Below the pieces are notes generated by a model, which was not told where the DNA came from, did not search any database, and worked only from the letters and a program-made list of their open reading frames with translations. From positions 544,001 to 608,000 of the forward strand of contig CAXXJJ010000001.1 in NCBI GenBank assembly GCA_963667015.2: DNA of 64,000 nucleotides, in the 5' to 3' direction. Source of the stretch: Desulfatiglandales bacterium (GTDB taxonomy: Bacteria; Desulfobacterota; DSM-4660; Desulfatiglandales; HGW-15). Shown in pieces: positions 48,878 to 60,387 of this stretch. The first letter of the stretch is position 1. Every line of letters begins with the position of its first letter. Position numbers and translations under genes: made by a program.

Positions 48878-50530
48878 ATGTGTACAAAAGTAAAATCGAA
48901 ATTAGTTTTATATATGTTATCAGGGCTAATATTGTTGTGTTGTATTCCAGTTTCAGGGTGTTATCAATTTTTCTCCTTCAAAAACAACAACACATACAAA
49001 GAGACTCAGGAGAAACTTCAGCAAATAGACACACTGGAATTGATTGAAGCAAAAGAAGCTGAGACTGAGGTAGATAAAACAGTTAATGAGGATATGGACG
49101 AAAAAGCTCCAGCCGAAGTCAAGTTGTCTCTTGAAGAATGCCGGGCTCTCACTCTTGAAAACAACCTCGATCTCAAGGTTCAGCTGATTAACCCTGCAAT
49201 CTCGGCAGAAAATGTTACCCAGGAGGTGGCGCGTTTTGAGGCTGTTTTTACTGCCAATGCATACTATTATGAATATAACACACCGATTGCCTCATACCTT
49301 GATGAGATCTCGGGCTATAGCGGTAACACAATAAATACAGACCTTGGTGTGAAAATTCCTCTGCGATCCGGAGGAACCATAAAATTTAATCTGGTTGATG
49401 AAAAAACGAAATCGCTTAATTTAATAAACAACCCATCATTCAGCTCCGATTTTACGGCATCTATAAGTCAACCTCTTCTTCGTAACGCGGGGAGAAAAGT
49501 CAATGAGCACGGTATTCGTCTGGCTGAATATAATAAGCAGATTGTGGATTCAACGACCAAACTTGCGGTTATACGAATATTAGCCGATGTGGATCGGGCA
49601 TACTGGAACCTTTATGCCGCCAGAAGATTAATGGATGTGCGTAAACAGCAATATAATCTTGCCAGTGATCTTGCCAAACAGACGGAACGTCTCGTGGAGG
49701 TTGGGATTAATCCGGAGATTGAACTGGTTAGAACAAGGGCAGGAGTGGCTGCAAGACTAGAGGATATTATAACCGCTGAAAACAGCGTTAGAGACATGGA
49801 AAGATATCTGAAACGTGCTCTTAATAAGGTCGGCCTTGGAATGAAGACTGAAACGGAGTTAATCCTGACAACGGGTCCTGATCCTGTACGTTATAAATTT
49901 GAAAAAGAAAAAACAGTTGCAAAGGCCCTGGAAAACCGAATGGAGATGCTTGAACTTGAACTGCAGCTGGCCCGGGATAGCAGCGTTGTGGACTACAGCA
50001 GGAACAAACTTCTGCCTCTTGTGACCATGGATTATCAATATAATATGAGGGGACTCGGACCGGATAGAGGTGAATCGTATGACCTGCTGAGAGAAAATGA
50101 TTTTCATAATCATTACATAGGACTGAGTGTGAATATACCATTAGGTAATAAAGCAGCCAGGAGCCAGCTTAATCAGGCGATATATCAACGGGCCCAGCGC
50201 CTTGCCAGCAGGGAAAGCAAGGAAAAACAGATAGAATATGAGGTGCTCCAGCAGATTGATGAACTTGAATCGTGCTGGCAGCATATTATGGCAAGCCGCC
50301 AAACGACAATTCTTCGTGACCAGGAGTATAAGGCGGAAAAGCGTCAGTATGAACTGGGTATGCAGACATCCAGGGATGTACTCCAGTCTCAGACTGACCT
50401 GGCAGATGCCCAGCAAATGGAAATTTTGGCTGTTACGCAATACCAGATAGCGCTGGTTGACCTGGCCTATGCCACTGGCACATTGCTTGGGTCCGCCAGG
50501 GTGGAGTGGGAACCGATTGTGCCGGAATAG
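48878..50530 (+). CDS. TolC-family outer membrane efflux protein (probable lipoprotein)
   Basis: Signal ending VSGC; LSLEEC..LTLENN, SQPLLRNAG, AYWNLY, NIPLGN, YELG......VL. Confidence 0.88.
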   Translation: MCTKVKSKLVLYMLSGLILLCCIPVSGCYQFFSFKNNNTYKETQEKLQQIDTLELIEAKEAETEVDKTVNEDMDEKAPAEVKLSLEECRALTLENNLDLKVQLINPAISAENVTQEVARFEAVFTANAYYYEYNTPIASYLDEISGYSGNTINTDLGVKIPLRSGGTIKFNLVDEKTKSLNLINNPSFSSDFTASISQPLLRNAGRKVNEHGIRLAEYNKQIVDSTTKLAVIRILADVDRAYWNLYAARRLMDVRKQQYNLASDLAKQTERLVEVGINPEIELVRTRAGVAARLEDIITAENSVRDMERYLKRALNKVGLGMKTETELILTTGPDPVRYKFEKEKTVAKALENRMEMLELELQLARDSSVVDYSRNKLLPLVTMDYQYNMRGLGPDRGESYDLLRENDFHNHYIGLSVNIPLGNKAARSQLNQAIYQRAQRLASRESKEKQIEYEVLQQIDELESCWQHIMASRQTTILRDQEYKAEKRQYELGMQTSRDVLQSQTDLADAQQMEILAVTQYQIALVDLAYATGTLLGSARVEWEPIVPE

Positions 50531-50749
50531 AAAAAAGGTGTGAGGTTCGCGGCATACGGTATGCGGAAAGGCCAATTAGCGGGCATGTACTGTGCAATAA
50601 CCTTCTTGCTCCTACTCATACTCTTACTCTGTTTTTTTAAGCGAGATTAAGAGAAAGAGCAAGAGTATGAGCAAGATTATAAGAGGTGGGTAGGGGATTC
50701 AAAAGGATAAGGTTTTTTACAACCAACAACATACAAAGGACGACAAACG

Positions 50750-53197
50750 ATGCTTTTGAATTTTATTAAAATAACGCTGCGGAAACTATACAGGGAAAAG
50801 CTTTATACAGTTATCAATGTTGCAGGGCTGTCTCTTGGAATGGCATGCTGTCTGATCCTGGGACTTTTTCTGCACAGTGAGCTGACCTATGACCAGTATC
50901 ATGTAAACCATAAACGGATCTACCGGGTTGAAACCGAACTTACCTCAAAGGGCGTCAGCAATAAACTTGCTCTGACTTCAGCGGCATTGGGATCTGAGCT
51001 AAAGAAGGAAAATCCGGATGTAATAGATTACTGCCGGTTCGCTGTTATAAATGACCCGGATGCCTCAAAGGGATGGCCTTTTTACTCAGGCGAGGATACC
51101 TTCTTCTGGAAAGATATCTACTCAGCAGATGATAATGTATTTGAGCTATTCAACTATGACATAATTTATGGCGATCCTAAAACCGCTCTGGTTGATCCGA
51201 ATTTTATAGCTGTAAGTGAGACCTTTGCAAAAACACATTTTGGTGATGAGTATCCTATAGGGAAAACTGTCAGCACAGATATAGCCAGCGTCAAAATCAG
51301 CCTGGTTTTTGCTGATCAGCCCAATAATACTCATCTGAAAACAGATGTGCTCATCTCCCACAATTATACGGCGTTAAGGTTGAACCCGTCCAATCTAAGG
51401 AATGACCTATGGGACCTCAGCGATTATACGTATCTGGTCCTCCCGGAGAATTATCCTCAGGCCTCTTTTAAGAAAATGACCGATGCTTTATATCAGAAAT
51501 ACATGAGAGAAATGGGTGAACAGCAAAACATGCAAATGAACTTTTGGATACAGCCTCTGAAAGATATTCATTATAAATCCGATGTGCAATATGACGAGGC
51601 TAATGGCAATATATTATACCTCTATGGTTCTGTCGCAATCGGTCTGTTGATCCTGCTGGTGGCCTGCATCAATTATATGAACCTGGCAACCGCACGATCT
51701 TTGAAGCGCGGAAAAGAAGTTGGAATGTATAAGGTTCTTGGCGCAGGGAAATCACAGTTGATTTTGCAGTTTATGGGAGAGTCTGTTTTGATTGCTGTCA
51801 TGTCCCTTTGCCTCGGCATGTTTATCGCAGAACTGATACTGACATTTACTCCGGTAAATGAAATTATAGGCAACCAGCAGCTGACCGATTATATAACCAG
51901 GCCCGTACTGTTATGGTGGCTGCTGGGATCGACTTTATTTACAGGTGTGTTATCCGGCGTATATCCGGCTTTTTATCTGTCTTCGATTCCTCCCATTGCC
52001 GCTCTGGCAGCAAACAAAAGAGCTGCTACAGCTCAATTTAAGCTGCGTCAGATCCTTGTACTTGCACAATTCATTATCTCCATAGGGGTCATTTCGAGTA
52101 CGTTTCTGATGGTATCTCAAATGAGATATATAACCAATAAACCGCTGGGGTTCGACAAACAGAACAGAGTGGTATTTCGATTATATGGTGCAGATGCACT
52201 TGATAAGCGGCAGGTCTTAAAAAGTGAATTGCTTAAAAATCCAAATGTGCTTGGTGTGACAGTCTGCAGTGAAATACCAGGCAGAACAAATAATTTTAAT
52301 ATGGGTGATGTGGAAAAAAACGATGGAACCATGGAGCAGCAAACATACAGCATGATGCTGGCACACAATGATGATTATCTGCATGTCATGGGGATGGAAC
52401 TCCTGGAAGGTCGGGATTTTTCTAAAAAATTACTCACGGATGTGGGTGCATCAGTCATTGTCAATGAAGCAATGGTAAAAAAGATGGCCTGGAATGAACC
52501 CCTGGGGAAGCGGATTCAGATAGGAAACAATGTGAGCAGAGTAATCGGTGTGGTGAAGGATTTTAATTTTAAATCAATGCATTCTCCGGTTGAACCGCTC
52601 GTACTGTTGAGAAACGATCCGGATTTCTCCGGGTTAGACGATGATCACAGGGCAAGGCAGAGTCGAATGATGGTAATCCATATCAACGGGGAAGATGTAC
52701 CCCGGACACTGGATCATATCAGGGATGTGATGGGTGAGTTCGATCCCAGGCACGCCCTGGAGTATGACTTTCTGGATGATACCCTCGATCAGCTTTATGT
52801 ATCTGAAAACCAGATAATAGCCTTAACCGGATTATTCGCCGGTATATGTGTGGTTATTAGTTGCCTTGGGCTATTTGGTCTTTCCGCATTTATTACAGAG
52901 CGAAGAACCAAGGAGATTGGCGTACGCAAAGTCCTTGGGGCATCGAGCACCCAGATAATTTTTATGCTCTCGGTTCCATCACTGATCCTGGTGCTTATAG
53001 CATCGGTGATTGCATCAACCTCTGCATATCTTGCAATAGGTGAGTGGCTCGCAGGTTTTGCTTACAGGGCTGATATAAATCCGCTGGTATTTGTGATGGC
53101 AACTGCACTTGTCATAATTGTTGCCTTTGTGACTATTGCTTTACAGTCATTAAAGACGGCGCAGGCTAATCCGGTTAAGGCGCTGAGGTATGAGTAA
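50750..53197 (+). CDS. ABC transporter permease, duplicated MacB_PCD-FtsX type (paralogue 3)
   Basis: Same motif set; ends ANPVKALRYE. Confidence 0.93.
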   Translation: MLLNFIKITLRKLYREKLYTVINVAGLSLGMACCLILGLFLHSELTYDQYHVNHKRIYRVETELTSKGVSNKLALTSAALGSELKKENPDVIDYCRFAVINDPDASKGWPFYSGEDTFFWKDIYSADDNVFELFNYDIIYGDPKTALVDPNFIAVSETFAKTHFGDEYPIGKTVSTDIASVKISLVFADQPNNTHLKTDVLISHNYTALRLNPSNLRNDLWDLSDYTYLVLPENYPQASFKKMTDALYQKYMREMGEQQNMQMNFWIQPLKDIHYKSDVQYDEANGNILYLYGSVAIGLLILLVACINYMNLATARSLKRGKEVGMYKVLGAGKSQLILQFMGESVLIAVMSLCLGMFIAELILTFTPVNEIIGNQQLTDYITRPVLLWWLLGSTLFTGVLSGVYPAFYLSSIPPIAALAANKRAATAQFKLRQILVLAQFIISIGVISSTFLMVSQMRYITNKPLGFDKQNRVVFRLYGADALDKRQVLKSELLKNPNVLGVTVCSEIPGRTNNFNMGDVEKNDGTMEQQTYSMMLAHNDDYLHVMGMELLEGRDFSKKLLTDVGASVIVNEAMVKKMAWNEPLGKRIQIGNNVSRVIGVVKDFNFKSMHSPVEPLVLLRNDPDFSGLDDDHRARQSRMMVIHINGEDVPRTLDHIRDVMGEFDPRHALEYDFLDDTLDQLYVSENQIIALTGLFAGICVVISCLGLFGLSAFITERRTKEIGVRKVLGASSTQIIFMLSVPSLILVLIASVIASTSAYLAIGEWLAGFAYRADINPLVFVMATALVIIVAFVTIALQSLKTAQANPVKALRYE

Positions 53198-53470
53198 AAA
53201 GCAGGTTGAAGCAATTTAGACTGTTAAATGTTGCTACGCAACCCGCTTTGCGGATTTAAGAGGGTAAAGACTTTAGGTTGAAAGCAAAAGACACTTGGCA
53301 GGCTGTGTACCCCTCTTGCTCTTGATCATACTCGTACTCTTACTCTGTTTTTAAAAAAGCGAGATTAAGAGAAAGAGCAGGAGCAAGAATAAGAGAAAAT
53401 CTATGGACTATAGCCTACAGCCTATTGACTGTAGTTTTAACAACCAACCACAAACAACGGACAACAAACA

Positions 53471-55912
53471 ATGTTTTTAAACTTTCTAAAAGTAACACTA
53501 CGTACTCTATATCGTGAAAAGGTATACGCCATTATTAATATTGCCGGCCTTTCAATTGCTATTGCATGTTGTACTATTCTCGGGCTCTGGCTCAAAGGTG
53601 AACTTACGTATGATCAGCATAATAAAAAGTATAAGCAGATTTTTAGAGTAGAATGTGAATACGTCGAAGAAGATGGTAAAACAAATGCAACTGCCATGAC
53701 AACAAGGCTGCTTGGCCCTATACTGACAGAAGAGTACGATGAGGTTAAGGGATTCGTAAGATTTGCGGTTATTGAGCAAAAGTTATTATTACGACATGAA
53801 GATAAGGCCTTTTACTGGGATCATACGGCGATTGCAAGTAACAGTGTATTTGAAATATTTGATCATGATTTTATTTATGGAGATCCGGAGACGGCAAAGA
53901 CCAAACCCTTCTATGCCGTGAGTGAAACATTTGCAAAAAAATACTGGGGCAATGAAAACCCTGTAGGTAAAATAATAACAAGGGAGGGCTACCCGGCTAT
54001 TATAACGCATGTTTTTGCAGACCTGCCTGAAAACTCCCATCTCAGGTATGATGTGCTTTGTTCGGAGGAGATACCTTTTTTTACAGAAAAGCAGGATGCG
54101 GCCGAGCGTGATATATCACTGTGGTGGACCGGCTATTATACATATTTATTAATGCCGAAAGATTATAATGTCCATGATTTTAAAGATATTGCTGACTCAT
54201 TTTATAAACGTCATATGGTAGCGTCAGGGAAAGCAGTGCATGGCGGGACATTGGGGTGGGATGTCTGGCTGCAGCCTCTGGCTGATATTCATTATAATTC
54301 TAATTCTGGTCTCAAACACGATCTGCCTACAGGAAACAAAAATTATTTATATGGATTTGCTGCAGTTGCGATTTTTATTTTACTTGTTGCCTGTATAAAT
54401 TACATGAATCTCGCGACAGCCCGGGCAGCGAAAAGGGCTAAAGAAGTGGGGTTGCGGAAGATTCTTGGATCAGACCGGTTACGCCTGATGCTTCAGTTCA
54501 TCGGAGAATCATTATTTTTTGTTTTTATCGCAATGTTTATTGGACTTGTTATAGTGGAAGTTGTGTTGAAGTTGACACCTCTAAGTCAACTGTTAGGAAA
54601 AAATCTCTCGTTGGACTTCAGCCAGCAGCCTTTGCTTATAGCATGGGTAATTATCTTCAGCTTTCTCTTTGGTTTAATGTCAGGAATATATCCAGCTATA
54701 TACCTTTCTTCACTCGTTCCTGTGTCGACCCTTATGAGCGACAGTAGATCTGGGAAAGGCAGTGTCAGGATGAGAGAATTACTGGTACTGGTCCAGTTCG
54801 CGATCTCTATTTGTGTCATAGTCTGCACTTTGATCATGTCTCTTCAAATGCAATATCTTTACAGTAAAAGCCTTGGATTTAAAAAAGAGAACCGGGTGAT
54901 AGTCCCTCTCAGGACCGGTAATGTAATTGATAGATACCCGGTTATGAAAAAGGAGATGTTAAAGAACAGCAGTATTCTGGTTGTATCAACATGTACTAAA
55001 GTGATTGGTGATGTGCTTGATGGTGTTATGATTCCAATAGAGAATAATAATGGTACTTCTCCGTTAACAGACGTAAATTATATGGATGTGGGCAACGATT
55101 TTATTAATGTAATGGGAATAGAGATGGCGGAGGGCAGAGATTATTCAAAAAGACTTATAACGGATGTGGGAAACGCGATAATCGTTAATGAAGCCCTGGT
55201 AAAAGAAATGGGCTGGGACCAGCCATTGAGCAGACGTGTTGCAGGCAACCGTGTTATCGGTGTTGTAAAAGATTTTAATTTTGGTTCTCTACATAGGTTG
55301 GTTTCTCCCCTCATTATAAATAAGCTTCCAAATAAAATTGGGAATTATACTCAGGATCGAGATAAAATGATTCAGTATCTGGTTGTAAATATCACCGGAG
55401 AGGAAATGCCCCAAACATTGAGTTTTATAGAAGATACAATGGCAGAGTTTGACCCGATTCACCCTTTTGAATTTAAGTTCCTGGATGACTATTTAAATGA
55501 ACTGTATTTTTCTGAGCAGCGGTTGATGAAACTGGTAGGTATTTTCGCTGCTGTTTGTATTTTTATTTCCTGCCTTGGGCTTTTTGGTCTTGCAGCATTT
55601 ACAACAGAACAGCGCACAAAGGAAATAGGAGTAAGAAAGGTAATGGGAGCATCCACTATGCAATTAATCGCCATGCTTGTTCGAAATATGTTTTACCTTG
55701 TTATGGTGGGGGCGGTGGTAGCCTCATTGGCCGCATATTATGCCATGGATGAATGGTTGAGCGATTTTGCATACAGGATAAATATAAATAGTGAATTGTG
55801 GGTATTTCTTGTATCAGCTTTGATTGTGGTTTTTGTTGCTCTGGTAACAATAGCCGCGCAATCATTTAAAACAGCGCAGTCTGATCCTGTTAAGGCGCTT
55901 CGGTATGAGTGA
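53471..55912 (+). CDS. ABC transporter permease, duplicated MacB_PCD-FtsX type (paralogue 4)
   Basis: Same motif set; ends SDPVKALRYE. Confidence 0.93.
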   Translation: MFLNFLKVTLRTLYREKVYAIINIAGLSIAIACCTILGLWLKGELTYDQHNKKYKQIFRVECEYVEEDGKTNATAMTTRLLGPILTEEYDEVKGFVRFAVIEQKLLLRHEDKAFYWDHTAIASNSVFEIFDHDFIYGDPETAKTKPFYAVSETFAKKYWGNENPVGKIITREGYPAIITHVFADLPENSHLRYDVLCSEEIPFFTEKQDAAERDISLWWTGYYTYLLMPKDYNVHDFKDIADSFYKRHMVASGKAVHGGTLGWDVWLQPLADIHYNSNSGLKHDLPTGNKNYLYGFAAVAIFILLVACINYMNLATARAAKRAKEVGLRKILGSDRLRLMLQFIGESLFFVFIAMFIGLVIVEVVLKLTPLSQLLGKNLSLDFSQQPLLIAWVIIFSFLFGLMSGIYPAIYLSSLVPVSTLMSDSRSGKGSVRMRELLVLVQFAISICVIVCTLIMSLQMQYLYSKSLGFKKENRVIVPLRTGNVIDRYPVMKKEMLKNSSILVVSTCTKVIGDVLDGVMIPIENNNGTSPLTDVNYMDVGNDFINVMGIEMAEGRDYSKRLITDVGNAIIVNEALVKEMGWDQPLSRRVAGNRVIGVVKDFNFGSLHRLVSPLIINKLPNKIGNYTQDRDKMIQYLVVNITGEEMPQTLSFIEDTMAEFDPIHPFEFKFLDDYLNELYFSEQRLMKLVGIFAAVCIFISCLGLFGLAAFTTEQRTKEIGVRKVMGASTMQLIAMLVRNMFYLVMVGAVVASLAAYYAMDEWLSDFAYRININSELWVFLVSALIVVFVALVTIAAQSFKTAQSDPVKALRYE

Positions 55913-56107
55913 AAAGCAGGCTGAAGCATTTTAGGCTATAGGCTGAAAGGGAAAGACAATTGACGGATGACGTAACTCTCTTGCCCTTGCTTATACTCTT
56001 ACTCTGATTTTTAATCAGGATTAAGATTAAATTTTTCGTAGGGTGGTACTTTATGTGCCACCTTGGCATTAAGCTTTTTTAATCTTGATTTCTATTCAAA
56101 GGAGCAA

Positions 56108-57448
56108 ATGATGAAAAGGTTCATAAAATTATCAATCCTGCTAATTGTTCTTATGCAGATAAATAACAGTCTGGCCAGCGAAAACATTGACGGCACCTGG
56201 CAGGGTACGCTTGAATCAGAACCTGGTCAGAAAATGCTTTTACAATTTATTATTACCCAGAATCCTGATGGATCATACTCAGCAGTTTTAAATTCACCTG
56301 GCATGGATGCCATAAAAAATATAAAGGCCGACTCAGCATCCTATAATTCCGGGGAATTGACTATAGATGTTACGGACTTCAATGGTTTGTATGAAGGTGT
56401 GTTAAAAGAGGGGAAACTTGAAGGGAACTGGAAGCAGGAAGGGACTTCAATTCCTCTTAACTTAAGTTTGTTAAACCTCGAAGAGCTGGAAAAATACTGT
56501 GGCACATGGCATGGGGAGATAAAGTTATCACCTGCGCATCCTTTTGTTTTGGAATTTCACTTTGGGAAAGATGAAAAAGGTGAGTTCACAGGATATTGTG
56601 ATGATTTAACCCAGGGAAATATGCACTCACCATGTAATAATCTCAGGTTCATAAACGATACTCTTATCTTTAATGTGTCCGGAATTCGGTTTGATTTGAA
56701 ACACACAGGTTATTTAATAGCTGGCGAATATAGAACTTGGGGTGAACCTGTCCCTATAACTCTCAAAAAAGGAGAATATGTCCCACCGGTACAAAGTTTA
56801 AACCTGCCAGAAGATGCCGTTAAAAAAATATCCGGTGAATGGTATGGCGATATTAATACATCCGATGGTGGCGTGAATACAGCTGTAATAAGATTTGAAA
56901 AAACTCAAAAAGGTGAATTCTTTGGGAATTATAAAGATGAAACTCCTCAAAGCCGGGAAGTCCCCATCATAGAAGCTGTTCTTATTGATAAGGCAATCAT
57001 TTTAAAATTGAAAAATAAAACTGAGTTAAAAGCCAAATTTGCAGGCGATGAATTAGTCGGTGAATTGATAGCAGGCAATAAGAGTGAACCTTTAACATTA
57101 AAAAAAGGAAAGTACGTACCTCCGGATTATAATCTGAACCTCCCTGATGAAATAGAGTCTCAATTATCGGGAGATTGGCAGGGGAGAATAGGGACTGCTG
57201 ACATTGTATTAAGCTTTATTAAATCAGACAAAAATGAGTTCTATGGTTTTATGGATATCCAGAGTTCGAACTACACAAGAAATGGTTTACGAATCACCGA
57301 AGCATATCTAAAAGAGAACAATCTTATACTAAAAATAAAATTAAACGGCGTACTGATTGAGGGGATATTAGCCGATAATCTTTTTGAAGGGGAAATCAAA
57401 AAGGGAGAAAAAATTAATCCTTTAATAATGGAGAAGGAGAAGAAATGA
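56108..57448 (+). CDS. Secreted protein of four tandem ~100-aa beta-rich repeats, function unknown
   Basis: SD aaggag, signal peptide MMKRFIKLSILLIVLMQINNSLA; repeats begin GTWQG / GTWHG / GEWYG / GDWQG and end PLNL / PITLKK / PLTLKK / PLIMEK. Confidence 0.75.
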   Translation: MMKRFIKLSILLIVLMQINNSLASENIDGTWQGTLESEPGQKMLLQFIITQNPDGSYSAVLNSPGMDAIKNIKADSASYNSGELTIDVTDFNGLYEGVLKEGKLEGNWKQEGTSIPLNLSLLNLEELEKYCGTWHGEIKLSPAHPFVLEFHFGKDEKGEFTGYCDDLTQGNMHSPCNNLRFINDTLIFNVSGIRFDLKHTGYLIAGEYRTWGEPVPITLKKGEYVPPVQSLNLPEDAVKKISGEWYGDINTSDGGVNTAVIRFEKTQKGEFFGNYKDETPQSREVPIIEAVLIDKAIILKLKNKTELKAKFAGDELVGELIAGNKSEPLTLKKGKYVPPDYNLNLPDEIESQLSGDWQGRIGTADIVLSFIKSDKNEFYGFMDIQSSNYTRNGLRITEAYLKENNLILKIKLNGVLIEGILADNLFEGEIKKGEKINPLIMEKEKK

Positions 57449-57504
57449 TGGGAGAAAGGGTTCAAGGCTTTTAACAACCAACCACAAACAACGGACAAAA
57501 AACT

Positions 57505-59949
57505 ATGTTTTTAAATTTCATAAAAGTAACACTACGTACTCTACACCGTGAAAAGGTGTATGCAATTATTAATATTGCTGGCCTTTCAATTGCCATTGCA
57601 TGCTGTCTGATCCTTGGCCTCTGGCTGCGCAGCGAACTTACCTATGATCTGCATCATAAAAAACACAGACAAATCTACAGGGTTGCAAGTGATTACATCT
57701 TTGATGGTAAATCAACCCTTACAGCAGTGACCTCCCGTTACCTTGGGCCTATGCTTGCCGAAGAATACCCTGAGGTCAGAGGGTTTGTGAGATTTAGAAA
57801 GTTCCCCGGTTTTAAACTTTTAATGCGCCATGAAGAAAAAGCCTATTTCTGGGGAACTGTTTTTGTTGCCAGCGACAATGTATTTGATGTCTTTACTCAT
57901 GATATTATCTATGGTGATCCTGAGACCGCCCTTGTTGATCCTAGTTCTATGGCGGTGAGTGAAACATTTGCAAGTATGTATTTCGGTGATGCCAATCCCA
58001 TAGGAAAAACAATTGAAAGTAATGGAAAGGTAAGAAAGATAACACTGGTTTTCGCTGATTTACCGGAAAACTCTCACCTTAGATACGATGCCCTTTTTTC
58101 ATTTAACGATAAAGAATTTGCCGGAGAGGACAGTGTTACTGCCCGACAAAATGGGTTATGGTCTCCGAATGACTATACATATCTATTAATGTCCGAAGAT
58201 TATAATATCAGTGACTTTAAACATATCTCAGATTCCTTTTTTAAGAAGCATATGGCAGAAGTCGGAAAGACCTTCAATGGAACATGGAACGGCTGGCTAC
58301 AGCCTCTGAAAGACGTTCATTTCAATTCCAGATTATTATATGATGAGCCTGCGGGAAACAGGATTTATGTTTATGGCTTTTTAGCGGTTGCTGTTTTTAT
58401 CCTGCTGGTTGCCTGCATTAATTATATGAATCTGGCTACTGCGAGGGCGGCAAAAAGGGCTAAAGAAGTGGGAATGCGAAAGATTCTCGGTTCCGGAAGA
58501 TCGCGCCTTATGTTCCAGTTTATTGGGGAGTCACTGTTTTTTTCAATTATATCCTTATTTTTAGGTCTGGTTCTGGTTGAAGTTGTTTTAAAACTGACGC
58601 CCATTAATCAGCTGATGGGTAAAAATATATCATTGAATCTCACCGGCGAACCTTTACTTTCAGGTGCAATAATTGCTTTCGGTCTCATCCTTGGTTTACT
58701 TTCAGGGCTGTATCCAGCCATTCAACTTTCTGCGATGAAACCTTTAACTGTTCTTATAGGCAATCATAAGACAGGAAAAGGAAGTTCATTTTTGCGCCAG
58801 CTGCTTGTTCTGATTCAATTCATTGTTTCGGTTTCTGTTATCGCATGTACGCTGCTCATGGCTATACAGATGCAATATGTTTCAAATAAATCACTGGGTT
58901 TTAATAAAGAGAACCGATTGATAGTTACCCTGCGGGGCGCTGACCTTGTAGAGAATATGCCGACCATAAAAAAGGAGTTGTTAAAAAACCGCAATGTGCT
59001 CGGAATGGCCTTTTCTACCCATAAGATCAATAATACTCCCATAGCTTATTTAAACATAAACAATAATGACAATGTCACTAAAACGTTATCCGCAAATATT
59101 ATGGCTGTGAGTCAGGATTTCATAGATGTGATAGGAATGGAACTTACAGCAGGAAGAGATTTTTCAAAGGAACAGATAACTGACAAAAGATTTTCTTTCA
59201 TTGTCAGTGAGACAGTGGCCAATAAATTGGAGTGGGAACAGCCGCTTGGAAAGAGTATTGAGTATGGTGGAGCGGACGCAAAGGTAATTGGTGTTGTGAA
59301 GGACTTTCATCATGAAAGTCTCAAGAGTAAAATTCAGCCTTTTGTTTTAAGGATGTTTTCCGGTGTTGAGCAGGACAAGGTAGGTGACCAGGCCCGTGAA
59401 GCCATGATTTATTATCTCTACATTAATATCACTGGAAATGAGATAGCTCAGACGCTGGATTTTATTAAAACTAAATTTGAAGAATTTGACCCTGAACATC
59501 CTTTTGAATTTGAATTTTTGGATGATACTCTGAATGAAATGTACTTGTCTGAAACCCGCCTTATGAGCCTGATCGGTATTTTTGCAGGTGTCTGTATATT
59601 TATTTCATGTCTTGGATTGTTTGGACTTGCCGCTTTTACGACAGAACAACGAACAAAAGAAATTGGAATAAGAAAAGTCTTGGGCGCTTCCACCTGGAAA
59701 ATAATAATATTGCTTGCCAGCCGGATTTTACTGCTTGTTTTAAGCGGTTCTGTAATTGCATCTTTGATTGCCTGGTATGCAATGGATGAATGGCTGGCAG
59801 ATTTTGCCTACAGGATAAATATATTTAAGGATATCTGGGTCTTTTTTATCGCTGCAGCTGTTGCTGCCTGTGTGGCGTTTGCCACAATTGCATTACAGTC
59901 ATTCAAGACAGCGCAAGCTAATCCGGTGAAGGCGCTTCGTTATGAATAA
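57505..59949 (+). CDS. ABC transporter permease, duplicated MacB_PCD-FtsX type (paralogue 5)
   Basis: Same motif set; ends ANPVKALRYE. Confidence 0.93.
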   Translation: MFLNFIKVTLRTLHREKVYAIINIAGLSIAIACCLILGLWLRSELTYDLHHKKHRQIYRVASDYIFDGKSTLTAVTSRYLGPMLAEEYPEVRGFVRFRKFPGFKLLMRHEEKAYFWGTVFVASDNVFDVFTHDIIYGDPETALVDPSSMAVSETFASMYFGDANPIGKTIESNGKVRKITLVFADLPENSHLRYDALFSFNDKEFAGEDSVTARQNGLWSPNDYTYLLMSEDYNISDFKHISDSFFKKHMAEVGKTFNGTWNGWLQPLKDVHFNSRLLYDEPAGNRIYVYGFLAVAVFILLVACINYMNLATARAAKRAKEVGMRKILGSGRSRLMFQFIGESLFFSIISLFLGLVLVEVVLKLTPINQLMGKNISLNLTGEPLLSGAIIAFGLILGLLSGLYPAIQLSAMKPLTVLIGNHKTGKGSSFLRQLLVLIQFIVSVSVIACTLLMAIQMQYVSNKSLGFNKENRLIVTLRGADLVENMPTIKKELLKNRNVLGMAFSTHKINNTPIAYLNINNNDNVTKTLSANIMAVSQDFIDVIGMELTAGRDFSKEQITDKRFSFIVSETVANKLEWEQPLGKSIEYGGADAKVIGVVKDFHHESLKSKIQPFVLRMFSGVEQDKVGDQAREAMIYYLYINITGNEIAQTLDFIKTKFEEFDPEHPFEFEFLDDTLNEMYLSETRLMSLIGIFAGVCIFISCLGLFGLAAFTTEQRTKEIGIRKVLGASTWKIIILLASRILLLVLSGSVIASLIAWYAMDEWLADFAYRINIFKDIWVFFIAAAVAACVAFATIALQSFKTAQANPVKALRYE

Positions 59950-60170
59950 AAGATGAACGCTCAACATCGAACATCCAACGCTTAACTTTGAATGAAAGGC
60001 AAAGAACAATGAAAAACAAACTCGCAACATAATTATCGGAACTGGCAATGTTGCCAAATCCGATAAATAGAAAAAATAAAATAAAAATTATGTGTAATAA
60101 AAGGCAGTTAACCATTTTAGACATTTAATAAATAGCAGAATCAGAAATAAAATCCGAGGGGAGTTCATTC

Positions 60171-60212
60171 CTATTTGGCGAATATGGCAATATCGCCATA
60201 TTCGCCAAATAG
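60171..60212. repeat. Perfect 18-bp inverted repeat in an AT-rich spacer
   Basis: CTATTTGGCGAATATGGC-aatatc-GCCATATTCGCCAAATAG; a second hairpin lies at ~60032-60066. Confidence 0.6.
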
Positions 60213-60387
60213 AAATATAAAATTAAAATTAAGTCGTAATAATAGATAGTTATCAAAAAAAACCGTTCCCCAAATACCAATAAAAATCGGCTTTTAAGCA
60301 GGTTGTATAAATAAAAGATTGGAGAAGTACACAAGGCGTAATGGTTTATTAAATTAACAACCAACAACAAACGACGGCCAACAAACA

